From assembly GCF_004010195.1 (NCBI RefSeq), contig NC_057711.1, positions 69,640,796 through 69,704,795 on the forward strand: DNA of 64,000 nucleotides. Direction: 5' to 3'. Below are positions 52,270 through 64,000 of the stretch, one piece after another. The notes below the pieces were generated by a model. It did no database searches. It worked only from the letters and a program-made list of their open reading frames with translations, and was not told the origin of the DNA. Each line of letters opens with the position of its first letter. Within the stretch, counting starts at the first letter, position 1. Both the position numbers and the translations under genes were made by a program. The stretch comes from Chiloscyllium plagiosum. Lineage: Eukaryota.

Positions 52270-53465
52270 TGACGCAACAGGTCCACAGCATGCCATTTCC
52301 TTAGACTTACACTCATCTCTGGAACATCTGAATAATAAGGAGACAAACATCAGGCTTCTACTTATTGACTACAGCTCCCCTTTCGACACTATAATCCCAA
52401 CAAAACTAATCTCCAAACTCTGAGACCAGGGTCTCCACTTGAATCTCTTCAACTGAATCCTTGATTTCCTGACCCACAGATCACAATCAGCACCTTCTCC
52501 ATGACAATCCTCAACACCAGCACCCTACCAGGATATATACTCAGCCCCCTACTGTACTCCATGTTCACTCAGGACTATTTGGTCAAATTTCATCCAAACC
52601 CCATCTACAAGTTCGCTGACAACACCACCATTGTAGGCCAGATATCAAACAATGACAAGACTGAATACAGGAAAGAGATAGAGTGCTTGGTGGTGTGGTG
52701 CAAAGATAACAATCTGACTCTCTCTCAATGACAGCAAAACTAAAGAGCTGATCATCAAATCCATGAAATAAGTATGAGGGCATGCCCTTATCTACATCAA
52801 TGGAGCTGAGGTAGAGTTGGTCGAGAGCATCAAGTCCCTAGGAGTGACGATTACCACCAATTTGTCCTGGATCACCCACATTGATGTAACAGTCAAGAAA
52901 GCACAATAACACCTCTGCTTTAGGAAACTAAGGAAAGTTGACATGCCTGTAACTCACCAACTTTTACAGATGCACTGTTGAAAGCATTCTATCTGGATGC
53001 ATCATGACTTGGTACAGCAACTGCTCTGCCTAGGACTGCAAGAAAATAAAGTCGTGAACACAGCTCAGTTCATCATGCAAGCCAATCTTTCATCCATTGA
53101 CTCCATCTACACTTCTTGTTGCCATGGAAAGTCAGCTAACATCATCAAAGACCCCTCCCACCCCATTTATAATCTCTTCTGACCTCTTCCATCAGGGAGA
53201 AGATACAAAAACTTAAACACACATATCAACAGGTTCAAGAACAGCTTCTTCCCTGCTGTTATCAGACTTCTGATTGGACCTCTCTAATTTCAAACCGAAT
53301 GTTGATCCTGCTTTTTTCTGCACATTCTTTGCAACAATAACTTTGTGTTCCTTGCTCTGTTCAAACACCCGATGATCTCTATGTCTTTGCATGTTATGAT
53401 CTGCTACATTGCATGCAAAACAAAACTTTTCACTGAATTTAGGTGACAATAATAAACCAAATCAA
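52270..53465 (+). mobile_element. Rex-Babar LINE, RT to 3' tail
   Basis: [61 protein letters not shown]. Confidence 0.9.
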
Positions 53466-53723
53466 AAGGTCATGTATCGATGTCAAAGGCTTTCTATCTA
53501 CCAGAATCTATGTGATTGCCTCCCAGTGAACTAAATTGTTTCTGGGTATGAATGCTTGAGAAGAATCCATAGAATCTCTAAAGGAAAATGAGCTTATTCC
53601 TTTTCTATAAGGTTAAAAACCATCTCAAGCCTGAAGAAAGCCAATTTGTTTCCATTCAACTGTTGCTATAGGCTGTTTTTTTTTGGAACGAGTAAATCAG
53701 AGACCTTCTGTGAATCTGCTGCA

Positions 53724-53874
53724 GAGGGTGGAAGTGAGGACTGCAGATGCTGGAGATTAGAGTCAAGAGTGTGATGCTGGAAAAGCACAGCAGGTCAGGC
53801 AGCAACTTTGACTCTTCTGCTCCTTGGATGCTGCCTGACCTGCTGTGCTTTTCCTGCACCACACTCTCGACTAT
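53724..53874. mobile_element. Fold-back Penelope-derived mini-element lacking the hammerhead
   Basis: Inverted tail arms about 53761-53804 / 53829-53872; TSD ATCTGCTGCA at 53714-53723 and 53875-53884. Confidence 0.8.
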
Positions 53875-56800
53875 ATCTGCTGCAAGCTAGTGCAAGTGCT
53901 AAAGAAGGAAAATCAAGGAGTAGCACATCCTGACAAGTAACCCAGTAGACAGAGACCATTGAACTGTCTTCCCAGTGTTTTCCTCTGCCCATAATATCCA
54001 TGTGTTTCTTTTACCCTGTCTGTGTTTGTCTGTGTGTGTATGTAGGGGGAGTACATGAAAAGAAAAAGAATTTACGAGTCAAGTTAAATGCTTACTGTTA
54101 ATAATTATTTACTTTTAGTTCTCAAAGAGTCATTCTAAGTACAGAAACCTGTTCCATGCTTTCTGCCAAACTGGGTTTAAGAGACAGGTAAGTTGAGGGA
54201 TATGGCTTACATTTTAAAATCTTTAAATTATTGTGATAACTCCAATAATAGTAGGGTTTCTTTTCCAGCACGCTACCCCATGAGGAGTAAGGGTAGGACT
54301 ATTGAAAACCTAACCTAACTACTGAGTAACTATTCAACTCACACCCCAAACTATCACCATCCCCAAAAATTACATATCCCTTGACTTCTTATACTCCCAC
54401 AGACCCTGAACCAACATCCGCTTCACCACCCATGACCAACACCTTCTGTCCACTACTCCTGTGTCCCAATAATCCCATTTATCTGGAATCCAACACTGGG
54501 ATCCAACATCTTGCCCTCACTGATGCTAGACCTGATTGGAATCTACTGTCTGAAATGCAAATTTCTTTGTTAATGTAATAAGCAAGCAGAGTATGATTGT
54601 TTCTCTTTGGGAAATCCAGCCCCAAGTCCGGACCCTGATTTAATCTCTTGACGAGCTCCAAACTTGTGTTTTTCAGACCTTTACAAAGAGTACTAATATG
54701 TGATTTTTAGTTAATGTGAACTAAAAGTGTAGCATGTACTTTAGAACATTGTCATGATACTTGTTGTTTTACAAAGTTTCATACTCACAAACTTCCACAT
54801 ATAAAGTCTGACATTAGCAATACACCACACCGCAGAAAAGTTGTTCTTCATAAAGTGAAAAATAGCTGAATATAAGTATAAAGCTAAAGGTTTCAACATT
54901 CTTCTGCCATCCTGTTCAGGAAATGGGAATGATTTTAGCAGACATGGCAGAAAAACAGGAAGCTTTAATGCCAGATAAGGCTCTCAAAACTGCTTACATG
55001 ACCAATGTTAGAAATGTGCATTGTAAATATTGAATCAGCAGAAAATTAGCATTACTTCAAAAACTACCCTTAATGGACTTGAAAAAAGTGACCAACAGAA
55101 TTGGTTTTCATTCTTTTTTTTTGCATGTTTATCATATTTCATACTATAATGCTAACAATGCAGCCTGTGGTACTGTAGCATCAGGCAGAGGATAAGGGCA
55201 GGATTCTCAATTTTGGGTCAGTATGCTGATATCAGCATCAAATGTAGGTCATGTCAGCAACAGTAATCCAAATGTGTATAAGGAGGCTGTCCAGCACTGA
55301 AGGCTGCAGGGAGACCATCTTCCACCTTGTGGCACCATCTCATAACTTTTCATCCATTCCTAAGGTTACCTCCATCTCAGCTGTTGGATGGGATGGGATG
55401 GGATGTGATTTGGGGAGGAAGCTCCAAGTGATTTTGGCACTCTCACCCTCCGGTCTACTGCTGACGGACTACCTCCAGGCATCTGTCACTGTCCTGATCC
55501 TGCATTGGGCCAGCAGTCTGCCTTGAAAATTCCATTCAACCTCTGATTAATGCCTGTAATTGGCCTTTTAACTGATTTAACAAGCCAGTCTCTGCCTGTG
55601 GGTAGGTACACGTTTACAGGCCTCTGAGAAAATCAGCAAGAGTCAATGCTAAGGTGTGGAGTCGGCCAATCAGCCAGTGCCAGGAAATCTGTACTCTCTT
55701 GGTTCCAGCTTCCAAACAGAGTAAAATTTCTGCTCTAGCAGCAGCTCTGGGTATTTCTGTCTGAATGCAAAACAAAATAGAGCAGGTGTGCTTCGGGTGC
55801 CAGGAACCTCTGCATCAGCTGTGCAAGAAGCTAAACAAAGGCTACATTTGCAATGTAATGTGGGTGCTGAACATGCATCACATTCGCTCCCAATAGGGAA
55901 GAGGATTAAAAGTAGTCTGACTTTTCCCTTCCCTCTCCTTCTGCGATACCAGCATCTAAATCTGCCTGGTCTTCCACATGGTATCTGCCTCTATCAACCC
56001 ATGTGTAAAGTACAAATTTGTAGGATGAGGTCCTTAAGTGGTTATAAATTCACAACTTAAAGGCTGGCTTAGGGGTAGATAAAATTTCCTGTCTGTCGCC
56101 TGGCATTGACAGATGGAAAGGCCACTTGCTGGATTTTGATATAGCCCCCTGAATTCAAACTGGGGAATGGTAAAGTCCAGCAGATTGTTAGTCATACTCT
56201 TAAGTGCCCAAAGCAGTTACACAGCTGTGCGATAAGATGTTTTACACTTGGGGCTTCAGCACAAGCCAATGGGCACAACGTGAATCAAGTACTATGAACC
56301 TCAACATCACGTCATTTGAATTGCTGCTGCCAGGGCACAGCTGAAGAGTATATTACTAACTTTAGTATGCTGTATTTTTTTTTTAAACGAGAGACAAAAT
56401 GGCATTTGAAATGACAAAACTTGTTCTAAAACAGCTCTCTGTTCTGGAACCAATTAAAGATACTTAATCATTTAATAGCCTTTTTATTATCAATCAAAAT
56501 GTAAACTCAGCCTAAACTGCTGTTGTAGCATTTTAAACTCTGCAAAACATTCATAATGATCTTAGCAAGAAAACACCACAAGTGAAATGTCAACAAAGAA
56601 CATTGGAATTTCAGGAATAGATGTTAATTTTTTTTCAATATTTCACCAGAATAACCCATCAATCAGAGTTTTCTTTTACTCTAGCTGGCAGATTCAACTC
56701 TCTTTCAATGCTTAAAGAACTGGGCTTTAAAACAATTCAGATTATCACACTTCAACAGACCATGTCTTCCCCAGAAAGGCATTTATCTCCACTCCATTAA

Positions 56801-57919
56801 TATGTGACTCACTCACTTTGTGTTAAACCCAACATTAATTTCAAATGACCTGGCTGAAAATGGGTTTTCTTCCAGGGTGATTCATGATCCTTCTGCATCC
56901 AGGAGCCACTTGTTTGGAATTGGCACCAATCCCTGAAAGTCCAACCTTTTATTTTAAATTGTGGTTTGGTAATTTAGTCAAGATTGAAGGAATTGCTGTT
57001 GGAGGAACCTTCAGAGGGAGAATTGGAAAACTCTGAGATCAGACAATAAAGGAAAAGCCACCATAATCCAACCAGACTACAAGGGTGCTCCCTCATTAGA
57101 GGCAGATAACTGCTGGTGGTTTAACCTGAGGGTCAACATGCCTCAGGTGAGGGGAAGATTGAGAAGGAAAATCCTTCAAGTTGACCTCATTTGTGGGGTG
57201 TGCAAAGGTCACAGGTTTTGAAGGGAAATCATGAAGGTCAGGGTATTAATATATTATTTTTCTCAGCAGTTGGAGATGCTGTTGGCTGATGTACCACCCA
57301 TTCTTCTAGTCTTACAAACCCTGCTGTTGTTGTTATTGGCTTTTCCTCAATTCAAGTATGACATCTACTGATGGTACTAAGCATCTGTCATGGGTCTTGT
57401 TATGGCCGAGGGTGGGATGAATGCACTAACTTTCTCTCGTCCCACTACTCCATCAAACACAGTACAAACATGGTTGTTTTACTTTGTACCTGATTATGGC
57501 CCATCATATGCTTTTCTATATTGATTTAGAATGATACATCAACTGGGTTTCATTAATAAGCACAAAATTGTTGATTTATTATTAAACATTAAACTAAAGG
57601 ATTTATGAATTTATAAATGTGTAAGGTGACAACATAAATGTTTACCCATCTAACTAAATTCACATGCAGAGTAAAAGGCAAAAGAAAACAGACTCTTGAC
57701 TGCAGATATTCACTTTTGGAGGAAAAAAAAACACTTTTGGCCAATAAGTTGTAGTTCCCAAAATAAAAAAAAGACGATATAATTTGAGATGTTCATCTGG
57801 CTACTGCTCTGATTTTCCACCATGTAGGCAGGTGCCACTAAACATTGGCAGTTGTTTTTGGGATTTTGCAAATGATGTTTGAAACAGAATCGCAGCTTTT
57901 GTCCGGTGGTTTTCAAGGA

Positions 57920-58204
57920 CGGTGGTTAGGCCACTGTTGGAATATTGCGTGCAGTTCTGGTCTCCTATCAGAAGAATGTTGTGAAACTTGAAAGGGTTCA
58001 GAAAAGATTTACAAGGATGTTGCCAGGGTTGGAGGATTTGAGCTATTGGGAGAGGCTGAATAGCTGGGGCTGTTTTCCTTGGAGGCTGAGGGGTGACCTG
58101 ATAGAGTTATATAAAATCATGAGGGGCATGGATAGGGTAAATAGACACGGTCTTTATGCTGGGGTGGGGGAGTCCAAAACTAGAGGGCATAGTTTAGGAT
58201 GAGA
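57920..58204 (+). mobile_element. CR1 fragment
   Basis: KLERVQKRFTRMLPGLEDLSYWERL..LRGDLIELYKIMRGMDRV. Confidence 0.9.
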
Positions 58205-58819
58205 CCTGGCCCTTCCACAGATCTTTTGGGCTCTAAATTGTGGAACTCCTTCTCCAAGAGACTTTGACTCTCCCGTTCATTCTCCTTTAACACTGTTAAT
58301 GTTTTTATTTTTGACCAAGCTTTTTCCCACCACTTAATATTCCACCTCTATCTCTCTGCTACATGCTTAATGTAGAAGTCTAGAAATCAGCAAGTCATCC
58401 CAAAAATTAATACCTTTGTCAACAGGCCCATTTTTTTCTAATATTTCTAATATTCTAATATTCCTAATACAGACAATTAGGATGTTGGGACTGGCAGTAG
58501 CAATATGAGAGAGGACTAGCTTGACCAAAATAAGTAATTTCATAGGTGATCCAGGAATGACTGTTCACAGTCATGTCAATTTTAATGGTCGCATTATATG
58601 ATTTTGTGAGGAATTCCTACTGGCTTACTAATTGATTATCTATGATTGTTCTGCTATTACAGATATTATTTGAAGAAAATAATATTATAAGATGATTTGT
58701 GTATCCATGACTGGTTAATTTTCTGAAGCTGATGAGATGCCACTACTTACTTACTTCTTTTTTCACCAGGGCTGCATGTGCCTTGCTTTCCCTGCCTCCC
58801 TATTTCTTTTCCCACCATC

Positions 58820-59072
58820 CACCTAAGGGGCAACTTTTTCATGCAGAGGGTGGTACATGTATTGAATGAGCTGCCAGAGGAAGTGGTGGAGGCTGGTACA
58901 ATTGCAACATTTAAGAGGCATTTGGATGGGTATATGAATAGGAAGGGTTTGGAGGGATATGGGCCAGGTGCTGGCAGGTGGGACTAGATTGGGTTGGGAT
59001 ATCTGGTCGGCATGGATGGCTTCGACCGAAAGGTCTGTTCCCATGCTGTACATCTCTATGACTCTATGACTC
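58820..59072 (+). mobile_element. CR1 3' end
   Basis: LRGNFFMQRVVHVLNELPEEVVEAGTIATFKRHLDGYM; (CTCTATGA)n tail. Confidence 0.9.
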
Positions 59073-59526
59073 TGTGATATAAACCTGGACAAGATGGCAG
59101 CAGATTAGTACGCTTCAGTCAGAGCTCCCCTGTTCACCTGTTCTTTCTTTCTTTTTCCTTTTCTTTCTTTTTTCCTCTTTATAGCATTTTTCTTTCCCCA
59201 CCCATGTAGCCCCCAACTTTTGACTGACCTGCCTGGAGAGTGGAGTCGAGGGACACGGGTTGCAGTCGGAGCCTGAGCAGGAGCTGAGCGAGGGGACCAA
59301 GTCCCACAACGCCAGTGAAGTGAGCACCGGTCAAGTCCAGCAGTGGCAGCGGAGCAAGCAAGGGCTGGGTCCCACATAAGAGTGAGAACAGGCCAAGTCC
59401 CAAGGTACAGTGAGCATGGGCCGAGCCCCAAAGTAGAGCAAGCATGGGCCAAGTCACACAGTAGAGGAGCATGTGCCGAGTCCAGCAATAGAGTGAGCAC
59501 GGGTCAAGTCCCACAGTAGAGCAAGC

Positions 59527-59997
59527 CACTGTTGGAATATTGCATGCAATTCTGGTCTCCTTCCTATCGGAAAGATGTTGTGAAACTTGAAAGGGTTCAG
59601 AAAAGATTTACAAGGATGTTGCCAGGGTTGGAGGATTTGAGNNNNNNNNNNNNNNNNNNNNNNNNNNNNNNNNNNNNNNNNNNNNNNNNNNNNNNNNNNN
59701 NNNNNNNNNNNNNNNNNNNNNNNNNNNNNNNNNNNNNNNNNNNNNNNNNNNNNNNNNNNNNNNNNNNNNNNNNNNNNNNNNNNNNNNNNNNNNNNNNNNN
59801 NNNNNNNNNNNNNNNNNNNNNNNNNNNNNNNNNNNNNNNNNNNNNNNNNNNNNNNNNNNNNNNNNNNNNNNNNNNNNNNNNNNNNNNNNNNNNNNNNNNN
59901 NNNNNNNNNNNNNNNNNNNNNNNNNNNNNNNNNNNNNNNNNNNNNNGTTGGACCGAAGGGTCTGTTTCCATGCTGTACATCTCTATGACTCTATGAC
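59527..59997 (+). mobile_element. CR1 3' fragment inserted in the minisatellite (spans the assembly gap)
   Basis: LEYCMQFWSPSYRKDVVKLERVQ; TSD TAGAGCAAGC at 59517-59526 and 59998-60007. Confidence 0.88.
59642..59946. other. Assembly gap (N run)
   Basis: Run of n characters. Confidence 1.
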
Positions 59998-61354
59998 TAG
60001 AGCAAGCACAGTCCAAGTCCCACAGTAGAACGAGCACAGGCCAAGTCCCACAGCAGAGCGAGCACGAGCTGAGTCCCACAGGAGAGCAAGCACCAGGTGA
60101 GCCCCACAGTAGTATGTGCACAAGCCAAGTCCCACAGTAGAGTGAGCAAGGGCCGAGTCCAACATCAGAGCGAGCACGGGCCAAGTCCAGCAACAGAGTG
60201 AGCACGGGCCGATCCCAGCAATAAAGCAGGCTCTGACCGAGTCCAGCAACAGAGTGAGCATGGGCCAAGTCCAACAACAGAGCGAGCACGGGCCGATTCC
60301 AGCAATAGAGCAGGCTCTGGCCGAGTCCAACAACAGAGCGAGCACGGGCCAAGTCCAGCAACAGAGTGAGCACGGGCCGATTCCAGCAATAAAGCAGGCT
60401 CTGACCGAGTACAGCAACAGAGTGAGCATGGGCCAAGTCCAACAACAGAGCGAGCACGGGCCGATTCCAGCAATAGAGCAGGCTCTGGCCAAGTCCAATA
60501 ACAGAGCAAGCACGGGCCAAGTCCAGCAACAGAGTGAGCATGGGCCGATTCCAGCAATAGAGCAGGTTCTGGCCTAGTCCAGCAACAGCGCGAGCACGGG
60601 CCGAGTCCAGCAATAGACTGATCACGGGGCTGAGTCCAACAGGAGAGCAGGCATGGGCCGAGTCCAGCAGTAGAGCGAGCACGGGCCAAGTCCAGCAGTA
60701 GAGCGAGCACGGGCCAAGTCCAGCAGTAGAGCGAGCAGGGGTCAGGCCCAGCAGTAATCATTCTGGACTTTTTAAACTGCTTCCATGCTAACGTATTTTT
60801 TTCACTCTGTAGCAACAATTAAAGCATCTGTACCCGGGGGGTCTGTACCTAAGATGGCAATGAGAGGCAACATTAAAAACATTTCACTGCTCTCATTTGA
60901 GTGCATGTGACAATAAAGGGTATTCTAGTCTATTCTAGAAATGTTTGAAGATGTCCATGACCAAAATACAGCCTCATCTCATCATTGAATATTTCAGTCC
61001 TCCCAACATTACTGGTTAACCTGCCTCTCAGAAGTCAGACAAATAGATATGTCTCAACCTATGAAGCAACAAGATAGTGAAAACAAATGTTAAACTGTAA
61101 TGGATAATTAACATGTATTTGATTATTCAATTTTAAAGAATATATTTTTGATAAGTCTGCAGTGAATTATCCAGCATATTTTATGCTAGAGCAGGGAGTT
61201 TTGGTTAAATGCTTCAATTATATTTATGTCCTAAAATTGATATAGGTTAAAGTACATTGTTCAGGAAGATTAATTTCTATATGTGTAATATTTTAAATAA
61301 ATACAAATCCTTATTTTTGGATACATCAGAAGTGGGATTTTAAAGTTTCCAAGA

Positions 61355-62080
61355 TAAGGTCAGAAGTGGGGATATTTGGTGATGATTGCACAACGTTCAG
61401 CACCATTCACTCCCCAGACACTGAAGTATTTTGTTCCAAATACAAAAAAACCTGGACAATATCCAGGCTTGGGCTGTAAAGTGCCAAATAACATTCACAT
61501 AAGTGCCGGACAATGATCATCACCAATGAGAGAGCATCTGACCATTTCCTCCTGACATTCAATTTCAACATCGTGGGAGTTACCACTGACCAGAAACTGA
61601 ACTGGACCAGCTAATAAATACTATGACTACAAAAGTGGGTCAGAGGCTCTGAATCCTGCATTGAGTAACTCACCTTCTGACTCGCTAAAGCTTGTCCACC
61701 ATCTATAGGGCACAAGTCAGGATTGTGATGAAATACTTACCACTTAACTGGATTGATGCAACTCCAAAAAAACTTGAGGAGCTTGACACCATTCAGTACA
61801 AAACAGCATGCTTGATCGTCACCACATCCTCAAACATTCACACCCTTCATCACCGACGCACAATGTCACATAATAGCAGCACCTGCTAATTCCCCTCAAA
61901 GCCACTCATTATCTTGACTTCGAATATATCCCATTCATTTGTCATTGATCAAAACACTGAATGACCCACTCTAACCACATTGTGGCTCTACCCAACCAAA
62001 TGGACTACAGTCATTCAAGAAAGCTGCTCACCACCACCCTCTTAAGAGCAAGTAGGGATGTGCAATAAATGCTGGACCAG
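61355..62080 (+). mobile_element. CR1/L2-type LINE 3' fragment (second family)
   Basis: RSEVGIFGDDCTTFSTI; STIYRAQVRIVMKYLPLNW..LDTIQYKTACLI. Confidence 0.8.
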
Positions 62081-62799
62081 TCTTAAGATCCACGACAATA
62101 GTTTTTGGATAATTTCATAATTTCATGGGAGGAAAGCTCACTGGTGCAGAGACATGACCAATTTGCTGTGAGCTTAATATTATTAAGCTGTAATCATATT
62201 GTGGCCCCAATAACTTTACCTTCTTGAGATATGGTAAAATGAACATTTGGAAATGAGCTGTTGTAACAATAAAAGGTATTGTAGATTAAGGAACAATTTA
62301 TATTTTTTTACATGCATGGTCAGAGAGAGGTTGTTTGTCTTCTGCACATATTTACATTCTATCTGTCAAATAGTGGTTTGAAATAGTGGAGACACTACAT
62401 CACATGTAGTGTACATGGAGTCACAGCTGTTACTGTTTTCCATAATTTATTTGTTTGTTAAGGGTACCAATTAAATAGTTACTATTATGTTGTGTGCTTT
62501 TTTTTGCCTCACCTAGGTTTATTTTCTTTTGTGCATTAGATGCAGTGAAATTTTTATAAACAGACATGATTTTTTTAAAAAATATGATACAAGGGAGAAA
62601 CTTGATATCGCTTCAAATCCTTGAGTCAATGGCATAGATTCTTTGTCTCATTCTGCTCAATTTTGTGATGTTAACCAACATATTTCTGGGTGCATCATCA
62701 CTGTACAATCTGGATAAAATGAACGGATTGGCATATATTTTACTTGTAGTAATTAGTTGGCATCTGGCTTTCTACATTTATAATAGTATAATGCAATAC

Positions 62800-63035
62800 A
62801 TACAGGAACAGGCCCTTCAGCTCACCAAGCCTGCACCAATTCCCAATCCTTAGTAAACCTATTACTTATTGCCCATGCATGGTATCCCTCTGTTTGCATC
62901 ATGTTCATGGATCTATCAAAATATGCTTTAAATGTTGCTTACATGCCTGCTGACACTACCTCCACTGGCAGTATGTTCCAGGCACCCACCCCCTCTCTGT
63001 GTGAAAAATTTTCCCCAGACTTCTCCCCTAAACTA
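62800..63035 (-). mobile_element. CR1 3' end fragment
   Basis: CACTGGCAGTATGTTCCAGGCACCCACC..CTCTGTGTGAAAAA, homologous to 24410-24480. Confidence 0.7.
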
Positions 63036-64000
63036 TTTGCAAAAGAGTTGTTCCATTGGACAGGTTCCTTTGGGAATCACTCTCTACTTTTGCTTTTAAA
63101 GGTGAAAAATAAGTATTATGATCACACAGTAACCACCTGCCAATATCCCCATAAGAATGCATATACACAGACACTCTTGTTTGCACTTAACAGAGGAACC
63201 ATCCTTGGGGAATCTTTGCTTTCCAAAAGCAAAACAGTAGTGACATGATAGGTTACTGAAATTTTATGACTGTCAAAATCGCTGAGTGTACAAAGAGCCT
63301 TAGATTGTATCCACATTGCTTCTTTGATCAAAGTCAAGAAGTAAATGGACAGGAAAAGATGCAGCATGTTTGTGACCAGAAACATCATCCTGCTTGTTTC
63401 CCTAAGAGCTACAATACCTTTAGGAATCTGAGGTGCTGGTACAAGGGCATGCTTCAGTAATGATACAAACAAAATAAACCATAGACCAGTTAGTCTGAGT
63501 TAGCACCTCTGTGTAAATTTATTTCTGCCTTGGTACTAGTTTCAGGCACTGCCTCCAAACAAATAATGATCATTGGAAACTAAGACTGAATGGTTCCAAC
63601 TAAATAAATGAAAACATAAGACTTCTTTGTATGCAAATCCCAATTGCTTGGAAGGCAGAAAAGAGAACCCTTTGAATCTAATTGGCCAATTTCTCCACTT
63701 TCTGTTGGAACATTTATGGATGGGGCACATTAGTGTTAGGGCTTTTTTAAAGGATGTCTCGGTTACAGCTGTTTCTGGAACTGCCACGTGTTTTATCATA
63801 TTATATATGCAGGGAACACACTCATTCTCTCATCCCACCCCAAAGGACACTACTGACAATTTATTTCCCAATGCAGTGCTTTCACATATATTTAATTTTT
63901 TAAACCTCAAAGAGATGGATCCATCTGTCAAAGCACAACATTTGTTGATTTGATGGTGAGCAATGATTCCTTCTTCACATACCACTATTGTCAGTAGTGT

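Larger units (their letters stand above)
59330..60755 (+). repeat. 28-bp minisatellite with 84/168-bp higher-order structure
   Basis: Unit AGTCCAGCAGTAGAGCGAGCACGGGCCA; variant ATAAAGCAGG recurs at 60221 and 60389. Confidence 0.92.

Noticed and set aside
56225..56320. Cluster of GATA, CCAAT and CRE-half motifs as a promoter
   Set aside because: Short motifs expected by chance; no CpG island or linked exon
59330..60755. CRISPR-like periodicity
   Set aside because: Contiguous tandem units with no unique spacers, no cas genes and a vertebrate context
59597..60818. Long repetitive ORFs (361, 217, 176 and 107 aa)
   Set aside because: Products of the stop-poor 28-bp minisatellite and the N gap, not genes

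Overview
Eukaryotic, repeat-rich, AT-rich intronic/intergenic DNA, most likely from an elasmobranch (shark). This is inferred from HE1-type SINEs with (CTAAT)n tails, abundant CR1 LINEs and Penelope-like elements. Almost every ORF in the supplied track is a decayed retroelement fragment (CR1, Rex-Babar, RTE, Penelope, Gypsy) or chance. No prokaryotic-type genes, RNA genes or CRISPR arrays were seen. Host-gene signal is limited to two phase-compatible + strand exons ending a protein I cannot name (17442-17530, 23123-23304) and a chain of possible - strand exons. The most distinctive pattern is a set of short, TSD-flanked, often fold-back Penelope derivatives whose ends or inversion junctions fall at a minimal hammerhead-ribozyme core. 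Other notable structures are a multi-layer nested Gypsy relic, a direct-plus-inverted local duplication carrying a CTCF-like motif, two rearranged CR1 copies, a hAT MITE and a 28-bp higher-order minisatellite. Boundaries of decayed repeats are approximate (tens of bp). All family calls come from recognising motifs by eye, not from database searches.
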